In this document: positions 53,472-61,312 of the stretch, in pieces
Numbering within the stretch: the first letter of the stretch is position 1
How the letters are laid out: each line of letters begins with the position of its first letter
Origin: Polyangia bacterium
Lineage (GTDB): Bacteria; Myxococcota_A; Polyangia; Haliangiales; JADYYK01
Direction: 5' to 3'
Assembly: GCA_044229835.1 (NCBI GenBank)
Contig: JBGASF010000011.1
Coordinates: 10,765 to 74,764, forward strand
DNA length: 64,000 nt
Notes under the pieces: model-generated
Told to the model about the DNA's origin: nothing
Databases searched by the model: none
What the model saw: the letters and a program-made list of their open reading frames with translations, nothing else
Made by a program: the position numbers and the translations under genes

Positions 53472-56021
53472 ATGACCGAAGTGGGGGCCTTGCCTGGATC
53501 TGCGCGGCTGCCGGTGCTGGCGGCGGCGCTGACGCTGGGGGTGATGCTGGGGGTCGCGGGGGCGCTGCCGGGGCGCGGGCCGTGCGTGGCGGTGGGGGCG
53601 GCGGCGCTGCTGGTGGTGATGCTGGGGCGGCGGGCGCGCGGCGGCTGGGCGCGGCTGGGGCTGACGGCGGCCTGGCTGGTGGCGCTGGCGGCGGCGGGTG
53701 GGGCGCTGGGGGCGCGGGCGCGGCCGCCCGGGCTGGCCGGGGCGGAGCTGCACCGCCCGCTGCTGCTGGAGGTCGAGGTGCTGGCGCCGGCGGCGCGCGA
53801 GGCGGCCGGGCTGCGGCTGGAGGTGGCGCTGGCGCGCGCGGGCGAGGAGGTGGCGACGCTGGCGCCGGCGCGCGGGCGGGTGGTGCTGCGGGTGGCGACG
53901 GTGCAGGCGGGCGAGCGGCTGCTGCCGGGGGATCGGCTGCGGCTGCGGGCGACGCTGCGGCCGCTGCAGCGGTTCAGCAATCCCGGGGTGCCCGATCCGG
54001 TGGCGGCGATCTTGCGCGCGCGCGGGGTGGCGGCGAGCGCGTGGCTGCCGTCGCTGGCGGGGGTGGTGCGCACCGGGCCGGCGGCGCGGGCGCGCGGGGC
54101 GACGCGGCTGGCGGGGCGGGTGCGCGCGGCGCTGGCGGCGCAGCTGCTCGGGGAGGCCGGTGGTGGCGGCGGGGGCGCTGGCGGCGCTGGTGGTGGCGAA
54201 GACGACGTCGCGCGGGCGCTGCTGGCGGCGCTGGTCATCGGCGAGCGCGCCACGCTGCCCGACGAGGTCGAGGCGGCCTTCAGGCGCGCCGGGGTCACGC
54301 ATGTGCTGAGCGTGTCGGGGCTGCACCTGGCGGCGGTGGCGTTGGTGCTGCTGGGGCTGACCACGGCGCTGGCGGCGCGCACCCGGCTGGCGGCGCGGGT
54401 GCCGGCGCCGCGGCTGGCCGCGCTGGCGACCGCGCCGCTGCTGGTGCTGTATGCGCTGGCGACCGGGGCGGCGCCGGCGACCATGCGCGCGCTGGCGATG
54501 GCGCTGCTGGCGCTGACCGCGGTCGCGCTGGGGCGGGGCGCACATGTGCCGACCGTGATCGCGGCCGCGCTGGCGGGGTGGGCGGTGTGTGCGCCGGGGG
54601 CGCTGGCGGATCCGTCGCTGCAGCTGTCGTTCGCCGCGGTCATCGCGCTGGCGTGTACGGCGCGGCCGATCCGCCGCCTGCTGGAGCGGCGCTGGCCGCT
54701 CGAGCCACCGGCGCCCACGCGCGCGCGCCGGCTGGGGCGTCGGGCCACCCGCGCCGTGGTCCAGCTGGTGCTGGCCAGCGCGGCGGCGACGCTGGCGGGT
54801 CTGCCGATCTCGGCGCTGCATTTCGGCACATTTGCGCCTGCCGGCGTGGTCACCAACGTGGTCGTGGTGCCGCTGGCCGAGCTGGTCATCATCCCGCTCG
54901 GGCTGGCCGGCGCTGCGCTGGGAGCCCTCTTGCCGGTGCTCGGGCAGCTGCCGGTGGCGGGCGCGCTGGCGCTGACGCGCGCGCTGCTGGCGCTGGTCCA
55001 CGCCGCCGCCGCACCCGCCCCCGAGCTGGCGGTCGCCGCGCCGACCCTGCTGCTGCTGGTCGTCTTCTATGCCGCGCTCGGCCTCGCGCTGGCCGCCCGC
55101 GGCCGCCCGCGCCTGCTGGCGGTCGCCGCCGCCCTGCTGGTCGTCGCACACCTGGGCTGGCCACGCGGCGCCCGCGCCTGGTCGCCACCGCGCGGCCTGC
55201 GCGCCAGCTTCCTCGACGTCGGCCAGGGCGACGCCACCCTGCTCGAGCTGCCCGGCGCGCGCATCCTCATCGACGCCGGCGGCAGCCTCGACGGCCGCGG
55301 CCTCGACCCCGGCGAGCGCGCGGTGCTGCCCGCGCTGCGCGCCCGCCACGTCGATCACCTCGAGCTGGTCGTCATCTCGCACCCGCACCCCGACCACATC
55401 GGTGGCCTGCTCGCGGTGGCGCGCGCCATCCCCATCGACACCCTGTGGTGGTCGGGCGACGCCAGCGGTGACCCGCGCCTGGCGCCGCTGCTGGCCGAGC
55501 TGGCCGCGCGCGGCACCTTCATCACGCGGCCACCGCTGCACAGCCAGCTGGGCGGCGCCGAGCTCGACGCCCTGCACCCGCAGGCCACGCGCGACACGGG
55601 CGACGACGCCGCCGCGCACATCGAGGCCGACGACGGCCTGACCACCAACGACAACTCGCTGGTCATCCGGATGCGCTATGCCGGCCGCGCCCTGCTGTTC
55701 CCCGGCGATCTCGAGGCCGAGGGCGAGGACCTCGCGCGCGCCTATGCCGGCGCCGCCCTGCGCGCCGACGTCCTCAAGCTGCCCCACCATGGCAGCCGCA
55801 CCTCGTCGACCGACGACTTCCTCGACGCCGTCGGCCCCAGCATCGCGGTGCTGTCGTGCGGCGCCGGCAACCGCTTCGGCTTCCCGCACGCCGAGGTCAG
55901 CGCCCGCCTCGAGGCCCGCGCCATCCACGTGCTGCGCACCGACCGCATGGGCGGCATCACCATCACCATCGCGCCCGACGGCGCGCTGCGCACCGCGACC
56001 ACGCGCGGCGGGCAGTGGTAA
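53472..56021 (+). CDS. comEC: DNA internalization-related competence protein ComEC/Rec2 (with metallo-beta-lactamase domain)
   Basis: Competence domain FRRAGVTHVLSVSGLHLAAVA. Polytopic membrane core. MBL domain ASFLDVGQGDATLLELPGARILIDAGG, ISHPHPDHIGGL, LKLPHHGSRTSS. Confidence 0.9.
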   Translation: MTEVGALPGSARLPVLAAALTLGVMLGVAGALPGRGPCVAVGAAALLVVMLGRRARGGWARLGLTAAWLVALAAAGGALGARARPPGLAGAELHRPLLLEVEVLAPAAREAAGLRLEVALARAGEEVATLAPARGRVVLRVATVQAGERLLPGDRLRLRATLRPLQRFSNPGVPDPVAAILRARGVAASAWLPSLAGVVRTGPAARARGATRLAGRVRAALAAQLLGEAGGGGGGAGGAGGGEDDVARALLAALVIGERATLPDEVEAAFRRAGVTHVLSVSGLHLAAVALVLLGLTTALAARTRLAARVPAPRLAALATAPLLVLYALATGAAPATMRALAMALLALTAVALGRGAHVPTVIAAALAGWAVCAPGALADPSLQLSFAAVIALACTARPIRRLLERRWPLEPPAPTRARRLGRRATRAVVQLVLASAAATLAGLPISALHFGTFAPAGVVTNVVVVPLAELVIIPLGLAGAALGALLPVLGQLPVAGALALTRALLALVHAAAAPAPELAVAAPTLLLLVVFYAALGLALAARGRPRLLAVAAALLVVAHLGWPRGARAWSPPRGLRASFLDVGQGDATLLELPGARILIDAGGSLDGRGLDPGERAVLPALRARHVDHLELVVISHPHPDHIGGLLAVARAIPIDTLWWSGDASGDPRLAPLLAELAARGTFITRPPLHSQLGGAELDALHPQATRDTGDDAAAHIEADDGLTTNDNSLVIRMRYAGRALLFPGDLEAEGEDLARAYAGAALRADVLKLPHHGSRTSSTDDFLDAVGPSIAVLSCGAGNRFGFPHAEVSARLEARAIHVLRTDRMGGITITIAPDGALRTATTRGGQW

Positions 56022-56029
56022 GGTCAGCC

Positions 56030-56929
56030 GTGTTTCACCTGTCGCTCGTCGCGTCGCCCAGCGGCCCCGTGGCCGACGCCGACTTCCACTTCGACCGCGA
56101 TGTGATCTATCTCGGTCGCCGCGATGGCTGCGACATCGAGCTGCCCGCCGCCGCCATCTCGGCCGCGCACGCGCGCATCGACCGCAAGGGCGACGCCTTC
56201 ACCATCACCGACCAGGGCAGCGCCAACGGCACCCGCCTGAACGGCGTCCGCCTGGCCGCGCGGCGCCCGACCCGGCTGGGCCCCGGCGACCGCCTGGAGC
56301 TGGGCGGCTTCACGCTGCACTTCCACGGCGCCAGCGCGCCCGGCACGGCCAGCCCCGAAACCCCACCCGCGACGACGCGCTCGATCGCGCGCCGCATGGT
56401 CGGCGAGGTGCTGTCCGCGCTGGGCAACCCGTCGACGCCGACCCTGCGCATCACCTCGGGCCCGCGCGCCGGCACCACCGTCAAGCTGACCGCCGACGTG
56501 CCGGTCGAGATCGGCCGCGACGACGGCTGCGACGTGCCGCTGCCCGATCCTGACGCTTCGCGTCGCAACAGCCGCCTGCAGCGTACCGGCGAGCACACCG
56601 TGGTCGTCGATCTGGCCTCGAAGAACGGCACCTTGGTCAATGACGCGCCGATCCAGGTCAGCCACACGCTGCACCACGGTGATCGTCTGCTCATCGGCGG
56701 CACCCACCTCGTCTATGAGGACCCGACCGAGAGCTACCTGCGCCAGCTCGGCGATGGCGACCCGCCCTCTGCGCCCGCGGCGGCGCCCCTCGTCGACGCC
56801 GAGGCCGCGCCCCCGGCCAGCGAGCCGACTGCCCTACCCGGCCGGCGCCCGCCCTACATCGTGCTCGCGGTCGCGATTGTCGCCGGCCTTGCGGCAATTG
56901 CCGGCCTCGTTGTGCTGCTGACGAGCTGA
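56030..56929 (+). CDS. Membrane-anchored protein with two FHA domains
   Basis: GTG 56030, 8 nt after comEC. FHA1: IYLGRRDGCDIELPAAAISAAHARI...ITDQGSANGTRLNG. FHA2: VEIGRDDGCDVPLPDPDASRRNSRL...VVDLASKNGTLVND. C-terminal TM helix YIVLAVAIVAGLAAIAGLVVLL. Confidence 0.85.
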   Translation: MFHLSLVASPSGPVADADFHFDRDVIYLGRRDGCDIELPAAAISAAHARIDRKGDAFTITDQGSANGTRLNGVRLAARRPTRLGPGDRLELGGFTLHFHGASAPGTASPETPPATTRSIARRMVGEVLSALGNPSTPTLRITSGPRAGTTVKLTADVPVEIGRDDGCDVPLPDPDASRRNSRLQRTGEHTVVVDLASKNGTLVNDAPIQVSHTLHHGDRLLIGGTHLVYEDPTESYLRQLGDGDPPSAPAAAPLVDAEAAPPASEPTALPGRRPPYIVLAVAIVAGLAAIAGLVVLLTS

Positions 56930-56941
56930 TACCATGCGCGC

Positions 56942-59068
56942 ATGCGCAAGATTGGCTTCGCTCTGCTTGTCATGGTGCTGCACGGCTGCGGAGACAACGG
57001 CCACGCGCCGCAGCAGACCGTGCCCGACGCCGGCGAGGACGCCGAGACCTTCGTGAACTGTGGCGACGGCTTCACCGATCCACCCGAGCAGTGCGACGAC
57101 GGCGACGAGATCGCCGACATGGTCTGCAGCGCCACCTGCCGCTTCACCTGCGGCAACGGCGCGGTCGACACCCAGTTCGGCGAGACCTGCGACACCGCCA
57201 TCAGCACGGGCACCGGCGCGTGCCCGACCTCGTGCAACGACAGCAACGCCTGTACCTCCGACGTGCTGGCGGCGTCCGAGTGCACCGCGACCTGCATCAA
57301 TGATCCCATCTCGGCCTTCATCGGCGGTGACGGCTGCTGTCCCACGGGCGGCACCTCGACCAACGACAGCGACTGTCCCGCGGTGTGCGGCGACGGCGTG
57401 GTCGGCATCGGCGAGAACTGCGACACCGCCATCAACAGCGGCGCCGGCGCCTGCCCGATGGTGTGCGACGACGGCATGGCGTGCACGCGCAACGTCCTCA
57501 GCGGCACCATGTGCGCCGCGCAGTGCTCGTTCCCGGCCATCACCACGCCCAGCAACGGTGACGGCTGCTGCCCGGCCGGCGCGACCAACGCCAACGACAA
57601 CGACTGCCTGCCCACCTGCGGCAACGGCGTCATCGACACCGGCGAGCTGTGCGATCCGCTGATCATCACCGGCGCCGGCAGCTGTCCGACCAGCTGCAAC
57701 GACAACATGTCGTGCACCGCCGACGCCCTGGTCGCCGGCGGCACCTGCCAGGCGCGCTGCACCAACACCGCCATCACCGCTCCCGCCAACAACGACGGCT
57801 GCTGCCCGGCCGGCGCCACCCCCGGCAACGACAACGACTGCGTGCCCGGCTGCGGCAACGGCGTGGTCGACCCCGGCGAGACCTGTGACCGCGCCATCCT
57901 GGTCGGCCCCGGCAGCTGCCCGACCACGTGCAGCGACGGCATGATGTGCACCCGCGACGTGCTGAACAACGCCGGCACCTGCACCGCCACTTGCAGCTTC
58001 CCCGCCATCACCACGCCGATCAACGGCGACGGCTGCTGCCCCGCCGGCGCCAACCGCAACACCGACAACGACTGCCCCGCGGTGTGCGGCAACTCGGTGC
58101 TCGAGATGGGCGAGCTGTGCGACACCGGCATCGCCGCCGGCGCCGGGAGCTGCCCGACCATGGCCACCTGCAACGACAGCATGGCGTGCACCACCGACGC
58201 CCTGGTCGGCACGATGTGTCAGGCGCGCTGCACCAACACGCCCATCACGCTGCCCGCCAACGGCGACGGCTGCTGCCCCGCGGGCGCGACCATGGCGACC
58301 GACAATGACTGCGCGGCGCCCACGCCGACGGCGTTTCGCATGAACGACCTCGATCTGCGCGACCCGCACGTCTTCGTCAACTTCCTGGGCTGCCGCGACG
58401 TCACCGACACCCCGCTGATCGGCTTCTCGGTCAACGGCGAGCTGCAGACCAACATCCAGACCGACGGCGACATGCCGCCCGACGGCCTGCTCGATCTGTC
58501 ACCCACGCTGATCTTCCGCCCCTTCACCCAGGTCGCGGGCGCCACCACCCCGCTGGAGCTGAACTTCGCCGACTGCACCACCCCCCTCGCCAGCACCAGC
58601 TGCAGCGCCGGCACGGGCACCACGGTCATGACCATGTCCACCAACAGCGCCGCCGGTGCCACCACGCCCTGCCTGACCCCTGTCGCCGGCACGCTGCGCC
58701 CCTACACGCCGGCGGTGACCAACACCGCGACGCCGTGCTTCGCGTCCGGCTCGACCACCGTGATGCTGAACCTGGGCGGCGTCCCCATCACCCTGACCAG
58801 CGCGCGCATCGCCTCGACCTATGTCGGCAATCCGGCCCAGTCCACGGTCAACGGCCTGCTCATCGGCTTCATCAGCGAGGCCGACGCCAACGCCACTGTG
58901 CTGCCGAACACACTCCCGCTGGTCGGCGGTCAGCGCCTCAGCTCGCTGCTCCCGGGCGGCATGGGCAACTGTGCCAGCCACGACGCCCGCGACATGAACG
59001 GTACCGTGCGCGGCTGGTGGTTCTACCTCAACTTCGTCACGCGCCGGGTGCCCTGGACCAGCCCGTAG
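56942..59068 (+). CDS. Lipoprotein with Myxococcus-type cysteine-rich repeats (1 short plus 5 long 77-79-aa units) and an unassigned ~250-aa C-terminal domain (paralog A)
   Basis: Lipobox VMVLHGCG. CGDGFTDPPEQCDDGDEI... followed by 5 units of CGNGxxDxGExCDxAIxxGxGxCPTxCNDxMxCTxDxLxxxxCxAxCxxxxITxPxNGDGCCPxGAxxxNDxDC. C-terminal domain with RDPHVFV, DGLLDLSPTL, GWWFYLNF. Confidence 0.85.
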   Translation: MRKIGFALLVMVLHGCGDNGHAPQQTVPDAGEDAETFVNCGDGFTDPPEQCDDGDEIADMVCSATCRFTCGNGAVDTQFGETCDTAISTGTGACPTSCNDSNACTSDVLAASECTATCINDPISAFIGGDGCCPTGGTSTNDSDCPAVCGDGVVGIGENCDTAINSGAGACPMVCDDGMACTRNVLSGTMCAAQCSFPAITTPSNGDGCCPAGATNANDNDCLPTCGNGVIDTGELCDPLIITGAGSCPTSCNDNMSCTADALVAGGTCQARCTNTAITAPANNDGCCPAGATPGNDNDCVPGCGNGVVDPGETCDRAILVGPGSCPTTCSDGMMCTRDVLNNAGTCTATCSFPAITTPINGDGCCPAGANRNTDNDCPAVCGNSVLEMGELCDTGIAAGAGSCPTMATCNDSMACTTDALVGTMCQARCTNTPITLPANGDGCCPAGATMATDNDCAAPTPTAFRMNDLDLRDPHVFVNFLGCRDVTDTPLIGFSVNGELQTNIQTDGDMPPDGLLDLSPTLIFRPFTQVAGATTPLELNFADCTTPLASTSCSAGTGTTVMTMSTNSAAGATTPCLTPVAGTLRPYTPAVTNTATPCFASGSTTVMLNLGGVPITLTSARIASTYVGNPAQSTVNGLLIGFISEADANATVLPNTLPLVGGQRLSSLLPGGMGNCASHDARDMNGTVRGWWFYLNFVTRRVPWTSP
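57059..58311 (+). repeat. In-frame ~231-237-nt periodic repeat array (10 Cys per unit) in paralog A
   Basis: The unit-initial TGC/TGT of CG[DN]G falls at 57059, 57149, 57386, 57617, 57851 and 58085. Confidence 0.9.
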
Positions 59069-59101
59069 CGCCCACGCCGCCTCGGCTGTACCATCCGTTT
59101 C

Positions 59102-61267
59102 ATGCGTAAAGTTGGCTTGTTCGTCCTGGTGATGGTGGCCGGTCTGGCCGGTGGGTGTGGCGACGACTCCAGCAGCGACCCGGGCAAGAAGGACGCCGCC
59201 ACGCGCGACGCCGCGCAGCCCGACGCCGAGGTCATCGTGGCCAACTGTGGCGACGGCTTCGTCGACGCGCCCGAGCAGTGCGACGACGGCGACGAGATCG
59301 CCGACAGCATCTGCACCGCCACCTGCCGCCTGGTGTGCGGCAACGGCGTGGTCGACACCGCCAACGGCGAGAGCTGCGACATCGGCATCGCCAGCGGCAC
59401 CGGCGCCTGCCCCACCAGCTGCAACGACAACATGGCGTGCACCACCGACGTGCTGGCCTCGGCCGGCTGCCAGACCGCCTGCGTGCATGACCCCATCACG
59501 GCGCGCATCGCCGGCGACGGCTGCTGTCCCGCGGGCGCCAACTCCAGCAACGACAGCGACTGCTCGGCCAGCTGCGGCGACGGCATCGTGGGCACCGCCG
59601 AGACCTGCGACACCGCGATCACGGCCGGCGCCGGCAAGTGCCCGACCGCGTGCAACGACGGCATGGCCTGCACCAGCGACACCCTGGTGGGCTCGAACTG
59701 CACCGCGTCGTGCCCGTTCACGCCCATCACCGCGCCCGCCAACGGCGACGGCTGCTGCCCCGCCGGCGCGACCAACGCCAACGACAACGACTGCCTGCCG
59801 ACCTGCGGCAACGGCGTCATCGACAGCGGCGAGCTGTGCGACCCGCTGATCCCGGCCGGCCCCATGCGCTGTCCCACCAGCTGCAACGACGGCCGCACCT
59901 GCACCACCGACACCCTGGTCGCTGGCGGCACCTGCCAGGCCATGTGCACGCACACGACCATCACCGCGACGACCCCGGGCGACGGCTGCTGCCCGGCCGG
60001 CGCCGGCACCGGCACCGACAGCGACTGCGTGACCGGCTGCGGCGACGGCGTGGTCCTGAACGGCGAGACCTGCGACACCGCCATCGCCAGCGGCACCGGC
60101 AGCTGCCCCACGGCCTGCAACGACAGCATGGCGTGCACCCGCGACGTGCTGTCGAACGGCGACACCTGCACCGCGACGTGCACCTTCACGCCCATCACCA
60201 CCGCGCTCAGCGGCGACGGCTGCTGCCCGCCCGGCGTCAACCGCAGCACCGACCTCGACTGCCCGGTCGGCTGCGGCAACGGCGTGGTCGACCCCGGCGA
60301 GCAGTGCGACACCGCCATCTCGAGCGGCGCCGGCCGCTGCCCGACCTCGTGCAACGACGCCATGGCGTGCACCAGCGACGTGCTGCAGGGCACCAGCTGC
60401 CTGGCGCGCTGCATCAACACGCCCATCACCGCGCCCGCCAACAACGACGGCTGCTGCCCGCCCGGCGCCACCCCGGCCAACGACAACAACTGCGCCGCGC
60501 CGCCGCCCAGCGCCTTCCGCATGACCGATCTCGACCTGCGCGACCCGCACGTCTTCGTCACCGCGGTCGGCTGCCGCGACCTCACCGACGTCACCTTCGG
60601 TGGCTTCTCGGTCAACGACGCGCTGCAGACCAACATCAACACCGACGCCAGCCAGCCGCCCGACGGGCTGCTCGATCTGTCGCCCACGCTGGTGTTCCGC
60701 CCGCTGACCCAGGCCTCGGGCGGCATGACCCAGGCCGAGCTGCACTTCGCCGCCTGCACCGCGACCAGCAACCCGAGCTGCCGTCGCAGCACGCTGCAGG
60801 AGGTCATGACCATGACCACCAACGGCACCACCACGGCAGACTGCCTGGCCCCGCTGGCCAACACCCTGACCCCGCGCGTGCCCGGCTACAGCCCGGCCAT
60901 CGTGTCGACGGCGGCGAGCTGCTTCGCGTCGACCAACACCACGGTGTCGCTGAACCTGGGCGGCGTCCCGGTCGCCCTCAGCGACGCCCGCATCGCCGCG
61001 ACCTACTCGGGCAACCCCGCGACCACCCTGGTCAACGGGCTGCTGATGGGCTTCATCAGCGAGTCCACCGCCAACACGACGATCCTGCCCAGCAACCTGC
61101 CCCTGGTCGGCGGCCAGCCGCTCAGCCTGCTGCTGCCCGGCGGTCGCCCCCCCGGCGGCGAACCCAACTGCGCGTCGTTCAGCGACATCGACACCCACAA
61201 CGGCGTGCGCGGCTGGTGGTTCTACCTGAACTTCCCGGCGCGCCGCGTGACCTGGTCCGATTTCTAG
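59102..61267 (+). CDS. Lipoprotein with Myxococcus-type cysteine-rich repeats and the same unassigned C-terminal domain (paralog B)
   Basis: Lipobox VAGLAGGCG. Colinear with paralog A: same number and order of repeat units, and the same C-terminal motifs FRMTDLDLRDPHVFV, DGLLDLSPTLVFRP, GWWFYLNF. Confidence 0.85.
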   Translation: MRKVGLFVLVMVAGLAGGCGDDSSSDPGKKDAATRDAAQPDAEVIVANCGDGFVDAPEQCDDGDEIADSICTATCRLVCGNGVVDTANGESCDIGIASGTGACPTSCNDNMACTTDVLASAGCQTACVHDPITARIAGDGCCPAGANSSNDSDCSASCGDGIVGTAETCDTAITAGAGKCPTACNDGMACTSDTLVGSNCTASCPFTPITAPANGDGCCPAGATNANDNDCLPTCGNGVIDSGELCDPLIPAGPMRCPTSCNDGRTCTTDTLVAGGTCQAMCTHTTITATTPGDGCCPAGAGTGTDSDCVTGCGDGVVLNGETCDTAIASGTGSCPTACNDSMACTRDVLSNGDTCTATCTFTPITTALSGDGCCPPGVNRSTDLDCPVGCGNGVVDPGEQCDTAISSGAGRCPTSCNDAMACTSDVLQGTSCLARCINTPITAPANNDGCCPPGATPANDNNCAAPPPSAFRMTDLDLRDPHVFVTAVGCRDLTDVTFGGFSVNDALQTNINTDASQPPDGLLDLSPTLVFRPLTQASGGMTQAELHFAACTATSNPSCRRSTLQEVMTMTTNGTTTADCLAPLANTLTPRVPGYSPAIVSTAASCFASTNTTVSLNLGGVPVALSDARIAATYSGNPATTLVNGLLMGFISESTANTTILPSNLPLVGGQPLSLLLPGGRPPGGEPNCASFSDIDTHNGVRGWWFYLNFPARRVTWSDF
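59246..60493 (+). repeat. In-frame ~231-nt periodic repeat array (10 Cys per unit) in paralog B
   Basis: Same CG[DN]G...GDGCCP...NDxDC unit as in 57059-58311. First Cys codon at 59246, last at 60491-60493. Confidence 0.9.
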
Positions 61268-61312
61268 CGGCCCGCGCGGCGCGATAGTCCGCTACTCTCG
61301 CGCCAGTTCGTC

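Noticed and set aside
53253-55928. 891-aa minus-strand ORF antisense to comEC
   Set aside because: Its product is extremely Arg/Gln/Pro/Gly-rich and motif-free. The plus strand carries unambiguous ComEC and metallo-beta-lactamase motifs.
57059-60493. Regular ~231-nt repeats considered as a CRISPR-like or satellite array, and the 111-nt near-identical tract considered as a DGR template/variable repeat pair
   Set aside because: The repeats are in-frame protein modules with conserved Cys spacing and no unique spacers. No reverse transcriptase gene is present. None of the five mismatches between the tracts involves adenine, contrary to DGR mutagenesis.
58499-61198. 899-aa minus-strand ORF (plus 56834..58369 and 56854..58212 minus) antisense to the twin lipoprotein genes
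   Set aside because: The periodicity seen there only mirrors the plus-strand repeats. The plus-strand products have signal peptides, lipoboxes and a conserved 10-Cys register, while the antisense products are A/G/R/V low complexity.
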